Numbered from the stretch's first letter, positions 36,422 to 46,183 are shown. The stretch is 64,000 nt of DNA from Gemmatimonadota bacterium (GCA_033763675.1 JANRJZ010000042.1:976-64975); one strand, 5' to 3'. The notes: generated by a model from the sequence alone, not told the origin. Program-made: numbers and translations.

Positions 36422-36480
36422 GGCGGCTCCCGGGGCTGGACGCGCCCGACAAGATGTCGCTGCCGGCCCGAAAGCGCGAC

Positions 36481-36506
36481 GGGGGTCGGATGTGGTGTCC
36501 GCCCCC
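36481..36506 (-). terminator. possible terminator hairpin downstream of nrdJ
   Basis: The minus strand reads GGGGGCGGA-CACCACA-UCCGACCCCC, 37 nt past the nrdJ stop, followed by GUCGCGCUUUCGG. The stem is imperfect and the U tract weak. Confidence 0.3.
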
Positions 36507-36542
36507 CGTGCCTCCCGGCGCGATCGAGGATCGGCTACCGCC

Positions 36543-39071
36543 TCAGCCGCACTCCGAGAAGCCGCAGACGTGGCACTTCATGCACCCCTCGGCGAATTCG
36601 AGCTGCGAGCCGCAGTCGGGGCAGGCCCCGGTCAGGATCGGCTGCTGATGCACCGCGTGCAGCTGTTCCCCGCCCTGGGTCACCTGGGCCAGGGTGGGCA
36701 CCACGGTGGCGGAGGGCATGGCGGCGGGGAGGCCGCCCATTCCCAGCTCCTGCTGCACGCCCGCCTTGTCCTGCATCCACTTCTCGATGGCGATGCCGAC
36801 CGCGTCCGGCACCGACAGGACCTTGTTCGGTCCGAGACCGATGGCCCGGTCGGAGCTGATGCCCCGGATCTGGCGATGGATCTCCTTGAGCGGGATGCCG
36901 GAACGGAGCGCCAGGCTGATCAGCCGGCCCATCGCCTCGACATCGGCCATGATGGCCCCGCCGGCCTTGCCGAGGCTCATGAATACCTCGAACGGCTGGG
37001 CCCGGTCGTCCTCGGTGATGGTGACGTAGAGGGTCCCCAGCGGGGTCTCGATGCGCCGGGTGGTGCCGCGGAGCATGTCCGGCCGGGAGCGCTTCTGGCG
37101 TCGCTGCAGGTTCTCCGCCTCGAGGTCGAGCACAAGCCTCCGGAGCCGCTCGTTCTCGGCCCGGACCTCCGCGATCTCGCCGTGGAGGTCCGCCGCGTCA
37201 GCCCGCGCGGGGGCGTCGGCGGACTGCATGACGAGGTCGGAGCGGGCCTCCGCCTTGCCGCTGCTGGTGGCCTGCTCGGCCACCTTCCGGGCGGTGGAGC
37301 CGGTGGAGAGCACCTGCATGTCCCGGCTGCCGTCGCGGTAGACGGTGACGCCCTTGCAGTTGAGCGAGAAGGCGAGGCGGTAGATCTCCTCGACATACTC
37401 CTCGGTGGCGTCGTTGGCGAAATTGCAGGTCTTGGAGATGGCGCTGTCGTTATGTGCCTGGAACGCCGCCTGCATCCGGATGTGCCACTCCGGCTTGATC
37501 TCGTTCGCCGTGGCGAAGACCCGCTGCCACTGTTCCGGCACCTCGGGGAGGTGAATGCTGCCGGTCTCGGCGATCCGGGTCATCAGGGCCTCGGAGTACC
37601 ACCCCTCCCGCCGGGCGATCGCGACGAAGTCCTCGTTCACGTCCGGCATGAGGACGCCGGCCTGGTTGCGCATGAAGGCGACGGCGAACAGCGGCTCGAT
37701 CCCCGAGCTGCAGCCGGCAATGATCGAGATGGTGCCGGTGGGCGCCACCGTGGTGACGTTGCAGTTGCGCAGCCGCCGCATGGGGCGCACCCGGTTGCCC
37801 TGCGCGTCCCGGGCGCAGCTGCTGTCCGGGCCCCAGATGCTCTGCTCCCACTCGGGGAAGACGCCGCGCTGGGTGGCGAGCCGTTCCGACTCGACCTTGG
37901 CCTCCTCGTCCATGAAGGCCATGACCCGGCGGCCCATCTCGACCCCCTCATCGCTGTCGTACGGGATCCCGAGGCGGATCAGGAGGTCCGCCATGCCCAT
38001 GACGCCCAGCCCGATGCGGCGGATCCGCTTGGAGAGCTCGTCGATCTCGGGGAGCGGATAGTTGTTGGCGTCGATCACGTTCTCGAGGAAGTGGGTCGAG
38101 AGGTGGATGACCTGGCGCATGTGCTCCCAGTCCACCTGCCCGTCCTTCACGAAATACCCGACGTTGATCGACCCCAGGTTGCAGACGTCGTACGGCAGCA
38201 GCGGCTGCTCGCCGCAGGGGTTGGTCGCCTCGTAGGCGCCGAGGTGCGGCACCGGGTTGTACTGGTTGGCCCGGTCGATGAAGAACACCCCCGGCTCGCC
38301 GGTCTTCCAGGCGCCGTGGATGATCTTGCTCCAGACCTCGCGAGCGGGGAGCTGCCCCACGACCTGCCGGGTCTTGGGGTGGATGAGATCGTACTCGGCG
38401 TCCGCCTCCACCGCGGCCATGAAGGCATCGGTGACGGCCACCGAGATATTGAAGTTGGTGATCTTGGTGATGTCGTCCTTGCAGGTCACGAAGTCGAGGA
38501 TGTCCGGGTGGTCCACCCGGAGGATCCCCATGTTCGCGCCCCGGCGGGTGCCGCCCTGCTTAACCACGTCGGTGGAGGCGTCGTACAGGCTCATGAAGGA
38601 CACCGGGCCGCTGGCCACCCCCATCGTGGACCGGACGATGTCGTTCTTGGGCCGGAGCCGGGAGAAGGAGAAGCCGGTGCCACCCCCCGACTGGTGCACC
38701 AGGGCCATGGCCCGCAGCGTGTCATAGATGCCGCTCCGGCCATTGGAGAGGGCATCGTCCACCGGCAGCACGAAGCAGGCCGACAGCTGCCCCAGGGGGC
38801 GGCCGGCATTCATGAGGGTGGGGCTGTTCGGCATGAACATCCGGTGGGCCATCAGGCCGAAGAAGGCCTCGGCCAGGGCCTCCACGGCCCCGGCGGAGGC
38901 CCCGTAGCGGCGATCCGGCTCGGCGATGGTTCGGGCGACGCGCCAGAAGAGATCCGGCGACGACTCGGTCGGCTTTCCCTGATCGTCCTTGATGAGGTAG
39001 CGCTTCTCCAACACCGTCAGGGCATTGGCCGACAGGTCGAGGGCGTGCTTCGCGTCGCTGGAAATCGCCAT
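36543..39071 (-). CDS. nrdJ: adenosylcobalamin-dependent ribonucleoside-diphosphate/triphosphate reductase (class II) with C-terminal zinc-finger tail
   Basis: Start MAISSDAKHALDLSANALTVLEKRYL at 39071. RNR motifs are NPCGEQPL and SACFVLPV. The C-terminus is CPDCGSQLEFAEGCMKCHVCGFSEC. Confidence 0.95.
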   Translation of the reverse strand: MAISSDAKHALDLSANALTVLEKRYLIKDDQGKPTESSPDLFWRVARTIAEPDRRYGASAGAVEALAEAFFGLMAHRMFMPNSPTLMNAGRPLGQLSACFVLPVDDALSNGRSGIYDTLRAMALVHQSGGGTGFSFSRLRPKNDIVRSTMGVASGPVSFMSLYDASTDVVKQGGTRRGANMGILRVDHPDILDFVTCKDDITKITNFNISVAVTDAFMAAVEADAEYDLIHPKTRQVVGQLPAREVWSKIIHGAWKTGEPGVFFIDRANQYNPVPHLGAYEATNPCGEQPLLPYDVCNLGSINVGYFVKDGQVDWEHMRQVIHLSTHFLENVIDANNYPLPEIDELSKRIRRIGLGVMGMADLLIRLGIPYDSDEGVEMGRRVMAFMDEEAKVESERLATQRGVFPEWEQSIWGPDSSCARDAQGNRVRPMRRLRNCNVTTVAPTGTISIIAGCSSGIEPLFAVAFMRNQAGVLMPDVNEDFVAIARREGWYSEALMTRIAETGSIHLPEVPEQWQRVFATANEIKPEWHIRMQAAFQAHNDSAISKTCNFANDATEEYVEEIYRLAFSLNCKGVTVYRDGSRDMQVLSTGSTARKVAEQATSSGKAEARSDLVMQSADAPARADAADLHGEIAEVRAENERLRRLVLDLEAENLQRRQKRSRPDMLRGTTRRIETPLGTLYVTITEDDRAQPFEVFMSLGKAGGAIMADVEAMGRLISLALRSGIPLKEIHRQIRGISSDRAIGLGPNKVLSVPDAVGIAIEKWMQDKAGVQQELGMGGLPAAMPSATVVPTLAQVTQGGEQLHAVHQQPILTGACPDCGSQLEFAEGCMKCHVCGFSECG

Positions 39072-39301
39072 GGCTGTCCCTGCTGCGGAGACGAGAGTGG
39101 GTAACAGTTCCGTTGTTTTCTGATCACGACGGAGTAGATCGGGGGAGTCAAAAGTAGAAACGCGGGGCGGGAACGACAATACGCGCGGAACCGACGCAAT
39201 CACGCGGAAATCGAGTTTTCACATCACAAACATGTTTCGCGTCCCGCGTCCCGCGCCCCCGCCGCCGCCACCCGCGACACTCGCGCCACGCGTGAGTCCC
39301 T

Positions 39302-39811
39302 TCACTTGACAACCAGCGGGAAGGTCCCCGCCCGGTGCCGCTCCGCCTGCCCCACATAATGCCGCCAGGTCTGCTCGATCCGATCGGCCAGCCGGGCGTC
39401 CACCTTTCGCACCACCCGTCCCGGCATGCCCATCACCAGCGACCCCGGCGGCACCCGCATTCCTTCCGGCACCAACGCCCCGGCCGCGATCAGGCTCCCC
39501 GCCCCGATCTCCGAGCCATTGAGCAGAATGCTTCCCATGCCGATCAGGCAGTCGTCCGCGACCGTGCAGCCGTGGAGGATCACCCGATGCCCCACCCCGA
39601 CCCGCGACCCGATCGTGCAGGGGAGCCCCTCGTCCACATGGACGATGGTCCCGTCCTGGAGGTTGGTCTGGGCCCCGATCACGATTGGTGCCATGTCCCC
39701 CCGGAGCACCGCGCCGTACCAGACGCTGGACTGCTCGGCCAGCGTCACATCCCCCATCACCGCCGCCGTCGGCGCGATGAAGGCGGTCGGGTGAATCCGC
39801 GGCTGGATCAC
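39302..39811 (-). CDS. gamma-class carbonic anhydrase family / hexapeptide-repeat protein
   Basis: The GTG start at 39811 overlaps the kinase stop (GTGA). Left-handed beta-helix repeats and the typical VWYGAVLRGD and LHGC motifs. Confidence 0.85.
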   Translation of the reverse strand: MIQPRIHPTAFIAPTAAVMGDVTLAEQSSVWYGAVLRGDMAPIVIGAQTNLQDGTIVHVDEGLPCTIGSRVGVGHRVILHGCTVADDCLIGMGSILLNGSEIGAGSLIAAGALVPEGMRVPPGSLVMGMPGRVVRKVDARLADRIEQTWRHYVGQAERHRAGTFPLVVK

Positions 39812-41832
39812 GGGGTGTCGGGCTGAAAGGGGGCCTGAGTCCAGCCGTCCACTGGCTGGCCCTCGCGCATGGCGGGGGTCCAGGCCATGCTCTGGGCGTA
39901 GTTCTCGACCGCGCGGGTGAAGGCGGGGTCGTTGGAGGCCTGCCGGGTCCGGAGCGCGAGGGTCTTCCCCTGCCGTGACACCTTCACGATCAGGACCACC
40001 GGGGAGGGGTGGGTGCGCCCGCCGTTCGGGATCGGGACCCGCATCGGGCTGAGGGGCTGAGGCGGGGTGTCGTAGCAGGCCCGGCCGAACTTGTTGGCCG
40101 CCGCCGGATTGTCGCAATCGAGGCGCGCCAAGGCCCGCCGCCGGAGTTCGGCCGCCGAGCCGGGCGGGGGCGCCGGCGAGTTGCTGGCACTCAGGTTGGG
40201 GGAGAACTGCAGCGTGCGCCCCCGCTCGATCTTCACGCTATCGATATACAGCGCATAGCCCGGCGCCGAGACTCCGATCTCGTGCCAGCCAACCGGCAGG
40301 GAGATGCCACCGCTCCCCCGGGCCACCAGCCGGGAATCGATGAAGAGATTGGTCCCAACGGGGAGCGAGCCGAACAACAGCACCCCGCTGTCCGCCGGAG
40401 CGGGCTCGGGCTGGGCGGCCGCCGCCGGCGTCGCCGGGCGGCTGGCCAGGGTCTCGGGCACCGCCGCGGCGCCCCGCCCGTCCAGACCCACCCCGGGCAG
40501 CAGCGCATCGTCGTCGAAGAGTGAATCCCCGGCCTGCAGCGTGTCCGGGGCAACCGCGCCGGGGACACTGTCCGGCCGCACCGGCCCGCCCAGCACACCG
40601 GCCTTGTAGAGGTAGAGCCCACCCAGGGCAAAGCCCAGGATGGCCAGCACAACAAACATCCAGGGGACCCAACCCGCCCTCGGCGGCTCCTGCACCACCA
40701 CCGACCGGCGCATGACGGGACGCCGTGCCTCCCCGGGCATCATGACCGATTCCGAGGCCCGCCGCGGGGAGAGAGCCGGGTTGGAGCCCGACTGGGACAG
40801 CGGTGACAGCGGGACCGAGGCGGCGGGCAGCGGGGTCGTGGACTGCGGGGAGAGGATGGCCTGGGCAGTGGAGATCCGCCGCGCGGTCAGTGACTCACGC
40901 GGCTGGCCTTCCAGCGCCTTGAGCAGCGCCTCCGCGTCCTGGAACCGGTCGAACGGGTCCTTCGCGATCAGCCGCTTGATGATCTCGAAGACCCGGCGCT
41001 CGTCCACCGTGTCGAGCAGGGGGACCGGGATCGGTTCCATGATGTGCTTGTACCCGATGGCGAAGCTGTCCTCGCCATCGTACGGCACCTCTCCCACCAG
41101 GGCCTGGTAGGCCAAGATGCCGAGGCTGTAGAGGTCGCTGCGGCCGTCGATGCTCTGGGCCCGGGCCTGCTCGGGGCTCATGTAGTGCGGGGTCCCGATG
41201 GACATGCCCGTCCCGGTGAGCTTGGAGCCGGTGCCCGCCTTGGCGATGCCGAAGTCCGTCACCACGCACTGCCCAAACTCGTCGAACATGATGTTGTCGG
41301 GCTTGATATCCCGGTGGACGATCCCCCGCTTGTGCGCGTACCCGAGCGCCCCGCCCACGTCGGTGAGCAGCTTCCGGATCTCCCCCGGGGTGAGCTTCTT
41401 CCGCTCCGCCATGATCCGTGACAGCGAGCCGCCGCGCAGGAACTTCATCACGAAATGGATGACGCGCCCGGTCTTCCCGACGCGGTAGATCGGGATGATG
41501 TTCGGATGCTCGAGCTGGGCGGAGGTGCGGGCTTCCCGGGTGAAACGCTCGACGAACTCGGCGTCGAAGGCCAGCGAGAAGGGGAGGACCTTGATGGCGA
41601 CTTCGCGCTCGAGGTGCTTGTCCATCGCGCGATACACGATGGCCATGCCGCCGCGACCCAGCTCCTCGAGCAGCTCGTACTCCTCGGACAGCGCCTCGCG
41701 GACGATGTCGAGTTCCGTAACGTCCCCGGTGGCGATCGCCTGCACCGGCGTCGTCACCCGGAGATCCAGGCCACAGGTAGGGCAGAATTGCGTGGCAGGC
41801 TGAACTTCCGCGCCACACCGTGAGCAGAACAT
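39808..41832 (-). CDS. Ser/Thr protein kinase: zinc ribbon - kinase - TM - PEGA - TonB_C-like
   Basis: Domains in order:
- Zinc ribbon: MFCSRCGAEVQPATQFCPTCG
- Hanks kinase motifs: GRGGMAIVY, HRDIKPDN, DFGIAK, SPEQ
- TM helix: WVPWMFVVLAILGFALGGLYLY
- PEGA-like: LLFGSLPVGTNLFIDSRLV...GWHEIGVSAPGY
- TonB_C-like tail: VVLIVKVSRQGKT...WTPAMREGQPV. Confidence 0.9.
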   Translation of the reverse strand: MFCSRCGAEVQPATQFCPTCGLDLRVTTPVQAIATGDVTELDIVREALSEEYELLEELGRGGMAIVYRAMDKHLEREVAIKVLPFSLAFDAEFVERFTREARTSAQLEHPNIIPIYRVGKTGRVIHFVMKFLRGGSLSRIMAERKKLTPGEIRKLLTDVGGALGYAHKRGIVHRDIKPDNIMFDEFGQCVVTDFGIAKAGTGSKLTGTGMSIGTPHYMSPEQARAQSIDGRSDLYSLGILAYQALVGEVPYDGEDSFAIGYKHIMEPIPVPLLDTVDERRVFEIIKRLIAKDPFDRFQDAEALLKALEGQPRESLTARRISTAQAILSPQSTTPLPAASVPLSPLSQSGSNPALSPRRASESVMMPGEARRPVMRRSVVVQEPPRAGWVPWMFVVLAILGFALGGLYLYKAGVLGGPVRPDSVPGAVAPDTLQAGDSLFDDDALLPGVGLDGRGAAAVPETLASRPATPAAAAQPEPAPADSGVLLFGSLPVGTNLFIDSRLVARGSGGISLPVGWHEIGVSAPGYALYIDSVKIERGRTLQFSPNLSASNSPAPPPGSAAELRRRALARLDCDNPAAANKFGRACYDTPPQPLSPMRVPIPNGGRTHPSPVVLIVKVSRQGKTLALRTRQASNDPAFTRAVENYAQSMAWTPAMREGQPVDGWTQAPFQPDTP

Positions 41833-41886
41833 GGCCGAACCTAGGCGGGTGCGGCGCGGCGAGTCAAGTGCGTGAAGATGCTAGAG

Positions 41887-44160
41887 TTAGGGTCTGACCT
41901 CGAAGCCCGCGCGGCTGCGGCGGATCGCGCCCGTCGCGTCCCGGACCGCGACTTCGAGATCGTACTTGCCGGGCGAGAGCCGTTCCAGCGACACGCTGCG
42001 CTGCAGCTGGGTGCGGGGCCCCTGGGACTGGTCCTCGAAGGCGAGCCGGATGGCCGGCTTCCGGGAGCCGAAGATCCCGAGGAATCCCCCGCCCCCCTGC
42101 CGGGTGATGAAGACCTCCGTCGTGAACGGCGCCCCTTCCGGCAGGCCATACACCTCGTAGTAGAGCTCCAGCGGGGACGCCTTGCGATAGCGCCGCAGCG
42201 GGTTGAACCAGACGGTGTCGCGGGCGGTGGGCCGCCACTGCAGGTTCGCCTCCCGGGTCCCCACCACCAGTCCGCTCAGCTCGAAGCGGGTGCCGGAGAA
42301 ATCACCGGCGGTGATGGTGTCGCTCGCGAGGATCACCCCGTTGTCGTCTCCCTGCTCCACGGCCAGCCGGTAGGTGAGCTCGCCGGGGATGACCGGGACC
42401 CGGACCTGCCCCACCAGGTGCTCCCGCTCCGGCACCGGCTCCCGGGCGATGAAGAGCCGCGTGGTATCCATCGTCGCCACCGGCCGCCCGGTGCGGTCCA
42501 CGACGCTGAGGCGCACCCGCACCGGATAGAGGTGACCCCGGTCGGACGGCACCTCGCGCAGCGCAGAGCCGGGAATCGCGTAGGAGAGATGCAGCAGGCT
42601 CCCGGCAGAATCGCGGCCCGCCACCACGACGTCGGTGGACACCCGGAGGCGGCTGCCGTAACGCAGCTCGTACGTGTCGCTTGCCGTACCCCGCTCGATG
42701 CTCCGGCGGCCCAGCATGCGTTCCTCGGTGAGGTACTGCTGGGAGCCGGCGGTGCCCGTCTGCAGCAGGCGGCTGTAGATCGGAGAGAGACGCTCGCGGG
42801 TGGAGAGCAAGTCGCTCACCCGGCCGGTGGTGACGTTGTCGCGGTCCCCGCGCAGGGCCAGGGCGTTGCTGAAACCCAGGACATCGAAGACGCTCTCCAC
42901 CAGCTTGTAGTCCTGCACATCCTCGCGGGCCACGAAATGGAAGACCAGGTTGCCATCGGCCCGCTCGTACATCCACGACTCATTGAACTGGATGCCGGGC
43001 GCGTTGTAGGTGGCACGCTCAACCGGCTCCCCGTGGCGGATGTACACGACCCCCCGGTCATCGAAGTCGCGACTGCCGCTGCGGAACCGCTCCACGATGT
43101 CGTAGTGCCGGTTGGGAGAGACCAGCTGGAAGTTGCGCCGGGCATAGAACACCCGCCGGTAGTGTTCCCGCAGCCGCTCGCCGTCCCGCAGCAGGGACGC
43201 CCGGTCGCGCTGACCCCAGAAGCGGCGCAGGAAGGAGACCCGGCGGTCCCCGGTATTGGCGTCGAATTCCGCGAGGGCGCTGTCATTGGCCACCAGGGCC
43301 AGGTCCGCGCGATAGGCCGCGACCGTCTCGCTGTCGTCGACCCGGGCCCCGTCATAGTAGGAACGCTGCCCCGCGAGGTTCCCGGCGAGCAGCTCGGTTC
43401 GCGCCAGCTCCAGCAGGCCCAGCCCCTGCGCGCCGCCGCCCACGAGGTAGGAACGGAACGCCACCAGCGCCGAATCGATGTCCCCCACTTCCCGTTCCAG
43501 CCGGCCGCGGTACAGCAGCACGTCGGGGTTGGCCGCGGCGCTGGTGGCGGCGGCCTGGCGCAGCGCCTCGCGGGCCAGGGCGGTCTTCACGTTGATCCGC
43601 TGGCGGAGCGCCGTGGAGGCGAGCTCCACCAGGCCACGGACGAACGACGGGTCGGTCTGGACCGAGCGGGCGTAGGCGTTGGCGGCGCGGGAGAGGTGGT
43701 CCTTGCCGAACATCGCCTGCAACCCCTGCACAATCGCGATCTCGGAATCGCCGACCCGGTCTTCCGCCGCCCCGAGCCCGTACCAGGCCCAGGGCCAGGT
43801 CGGTTCGATCTCGGTGGCCCACTGGAACTCTCCCGCCGCATCATCGAAGCGGCTCCGGCTCCCCTGCTCCCCCAGGCGCATCGCCACGAAGCCGAGCTTG
43901 AGGTGGCGCATGGCGTTATTGCGGTCGGCGCGCGCCTCCCCGATCAGCCGCTGTTCCAGCAGCAGCAGTGAGGCGCTGTCGGGCACGGCGGCAATCGAGT
44001 CCCGGAATCGCTCGATCGCGAGGCGGTCTTCGGGGGATTGGGCGGCGAGGGAGGAGGCGGCAAGCAGTACCACCAGCAGCAGCGGCCAGCGCCTCACGGC
44101 GCTCGGGAGGCGCGGTGTACAGAAGCGAGATCCCGCCTTGGCGACTCGGCTACTCGGCAT
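41887..44160 (-). CDS. GWxTD domain-containing secreted protein with N-terminal TPR-like region
   Basis: Start MPSSRVAK at 44160, then a signal sequence (WPLLLVVLLAASSLAAQ). GWxTD-type motif RRFWGQRD. Length 757 aa. Confidence 0.7.
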   Translation of the reverse strand: MPSSRVAKAGSRFCTPRLPSAVRRWPLLLVVLLAASSLAAQSPEDRLAIERFRDSIAAVPDSASLLLLEQRLIGEARADRNNAMRHLKLGFVAMRLGEQGSRSRFDDAAGEFQWATEIEPTWPWAWYGLGAAEDRVGDSEIAIVQGLQAMFGKDHLSRAANAYARSVQTDPSFVRGLVELASTALRQRINVKTALAREALRQAAATSAAANPDVLLYRGRLEREVGDIDSALVAFRSYLVGGGAQGLGLLELARTELLAGNLAGQRSYYDGARVDDSETVAAYRADLALVANDSALAEFDANTGDRRVSFLRRFWGQRDRASLLRDGERLREHYRRVFYARRNFQLVSPNRHYDIVERFRSGSRDFDDRGVVYIRHGEPVERATYNAPGIQFNESWMYERADGNLVFHFVAREDVQDYKLVESVFDVLGFSNALALRGDRDNVTTGRVSDLLSTRERLSPIYSRLLQTGTAGSQQYLTEERMLGRRSIERGTASDTYELRYGSRLRVSTDVVVAGRDSAGSLLHLSYAIPGSALREVPSDRGHLYPVRVRLSVVDRTGRPVATMDTTRLFIAREPVPEREHLVGQVRVPVIPGELTYRLAVEQGDDNGVILASDTITAGDFSGTRFELSGLVVGTREANLQWRPTARDTVWFNPLRRYRKASPLELYYEVYGLPEGAPFTTEVFITRQGGGGFLGIFGSRKPAIRLAFEDQSQGPRTQLQRSVSLERLSPGKYDLEVAVRDATGAIRRSRAGFEVRP

Positions 44161-44210
44161 CGGTCTCGTATGGTTACGCGGTCGGTGGTCCGGCTGCAAC
44201 GGCTCTCGGG

Positions 44211-46109
44211 CTAGGGGACGTCGCTCCCCTGACCTTCCGCCACACGTTTCAGAAACGTCACCAGCCCGTCCCGCACCGCGAGGGCGTAGGCCAGCTGCCC
44301 CGCCGGTTGCCGAAGGGCGGCCTCCTGGTCCGGCAGCATCAGGAAGAGTCCCTCGCACAGCACCGCCGGCATCCAGGTGGGGCGGACCAGCGCGAGGTCC
44401 CCGCGCGCGGCCCCGAGGTCCCGCAGACCGAGCCGCCGGACCAGCGCGGCCTGGATCTCCTGGGCCAGCGGCAGGCTGCGGGGGTGGTTATAGAAGACAC
44501 TCGAGCCGTTGTTGGTAAACGGATTCACCCCATCCGGCAGCGCGTTGTTGTGAATCGACACCAGTATCTCGGCATCGAGCGAGTCCGCGAACCGGGTCCG
44601 GGCGTTGAGGTCCAGGCTTTCGGGCCCGCGACGGGTCAGCACCGCCTGCGCGCCGGCGGCCTCCAGCAGCCGGACCAGCTCCAGCGAGACGGCCAGGTTG
44701 GCTTCCGCCTCCGTGAACCCGGTGGGGCCGGTCGCGCCCAGTGGCGGGTGGCCCGGATCCACCACGATGCGCCGCCCGCGAAGTGGCGCCGCCCGATCCA
44801 CCCGAGGTGGGCGCCGAATCTCAAGCAGGAGGTCGTTCCCGCTCCACCGGGTCCGGTAGCCCCAGACGACATCGCGGAGTTCGACGGTGATCGTCACCTC
44901 GTCGGAGGCGGCCTGAAGCCAGCGGATATCCCGCAGGTACCGGTCGGTGGCGCCGTACCGGGTCCAGTTGATGTCGCTGACCGTGTTGTAGAGCCGGAGC
45001 GTCAGGCGGCCCTGCTCCTCCTCGACCCGAAACGGAACGCGCCCGGTGAGCGGGACCCGAACCGTGATCCGGTCGGGCCGCGGCGTCGTCGTCAGCGACA
45101 GTACGGTGGCGCGAAGCGCGGGCGTCGCCGGCGGCAGGGGGACCAGATCGGCGGCCGGCACCCACACCTCCTGCTGCCTGGAGATCCGGATCCGCGCATC
45201 CTCCCCCAGCCGCCCGGTGAACTGGGCTCGCGTGCCCGTGGGAAAGAACCAGTGATAGGTGGCGCCGGGGCGCGCGCGCCCCACCGTGAGGCTATCCGTC
45301 GCCCCGGTACCCGCGGTGTCATCGTCGAGTTGGACGACCTGCGCCAGGGTGTCGAGCAGCGTCACCGCGAGTGGCCAGCGCAGCCGGACGGTGTCGGCGC
45401 CGAGCACCGCCTCCACGACAACGCCCGTAGAGTCCCCCGGAATGGCGCGGCCGCGGATGGCGCCAACGTAGCGTTCGGCTCGCCCTGGCGCGAGGAGGTT
45501 CGCGGTGTCCCGGTCGAACGCGCGGATTCCCCACGGAACTTCTCCGGGCCCCCGCTCGGCGGCGAGCGGAACCACGTCGCCACCGGGAAGCCGGAGGCGG
45601 ACCTCCGCCCCCTCCGCCGCGCGCAGGCTGACCGGGAGGTATTCGTCCCGGGGCCACCAGACCCGACCCCCCGGACTGAGGCTGAGACTATCCACCCAGA
45701 CCGGCGCGACCGGGGGACGGAAGCGGGGGACGGTCCGGAGCGGATGCTGGTACCGCAGGGTGTCCGAGTCGACGGTGGCGACCAGCGTGAAAGCCGGCAG
45801 GGAGTCCGGGGGGAGCGGCACCCAGGCCAGCCAGGCGCCATTGGGCCAGACCTTCACCGCCGCATCATTGATGGTCAGCCGGGCCCGGCCGGTGCCGACG
45901 GTTCCGAACAGGAAGGTTGAGTCCCGGGCGTCCACGACGTCCCGTGGCCCGGGATAGACGACCCGGATCTCGAGGGGGCCGTCCGCCATGGGAACCGGCG
46001 GGAGGAGGGATGCGTCTGGCGGGAGGGGCCCGGGGGCAGATCTCGGCCGGGCACAGCCGGCCAGGAGGACGAGCGCCAGGGGCAGAACACCGAGCACCGC
46101 AGGGGGCAT
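44211..46109 (-). CDS. N-acetylmuramoyl-L-alanine amidase (Amidase_3/AmiC-like) lipoprotein with long N-terminal region
   Basis: Start MPPAVLGVLPLALVLLAGC (lipobox) at 46109. C-terminal Amidase_3 motifs are VVDPGHPPLGATG, LVSIHNNA and VLCEGLFL. Confidence 0.8.
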   Translation of the reverse strand: MPPAVLGVLPLALVLLAGCARPRSAPGPLPPDASLLPPVPMADGPLEIRVVYPGPRDVVDARDSTFLFGTVGTGRARLTINDAAVKVWPNGAWLAWVPLPPDSLPAFTLVATVDSDTLRYQHPLRTVPRFRPPVAPVWVDSLSLSPGGRVWWPRDEYLPVSLRAAEGAEVRLRLPGGDVVPLAAERGPGEVPWGIRAFDRDTANLLAPGRAERYVGAIRGRAIPGDSTGVVVEAVLGADTVRLRWPLAVTLLDTLAQVVQLDDDTAGTGATDSLTVGRARPGATYHWFFPTGTRAQFTGRLGEDARIRISRQQEVWVPAADLVPLPPATPALRATVLSLTTTPRPDRITVRVPLTGRVPFRVEEEQGRLTLRLYNTVSDINWTRYGATDRYLRDIRWLQAASDEVTITVELRDVVWGYRTRWSGNDLLLEIRRPPRVDRAAPLRGRRIVVDPGHPPLGATGPTGFTEAEANLAVSLELVRLLEAAGAQAVLTRRGPESLDLNARTRFADSLDAEILVSIHNNALPDGVNPFTNNGSSVFYNHPRSLPLAQEIQAALVRRLGLRDLGAARGDLALVRPTWMPAVLCEGLFLMLPDQEAALRQPAGQLAYALAVRDGLVTFLKRVAEGQGSDVP

Positions 46110-46154
46110 GGGGTGCAAGGTACACGGCCACCGCGACTTAGGGCAGATCATCCG

Positions 46155-46183
46155 TTGACGCTCCACGGGCGCAATCCTAGATT
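46155..46183 (+). promoter_or_regulatory. sigma70-like promoter for the FHA/kinase operon, -10 overlapped by a palindrome
   Basis: TTGACG (46155-46160), a 17-nt spacer, then TAGATT (46178-46183). The perfect inverted repeat GCAATC-cta-GATTGC at 46171-46185 overlaps the -10. It sits in the divergent intergenic region 46110-46296. Confidence 0.35.
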
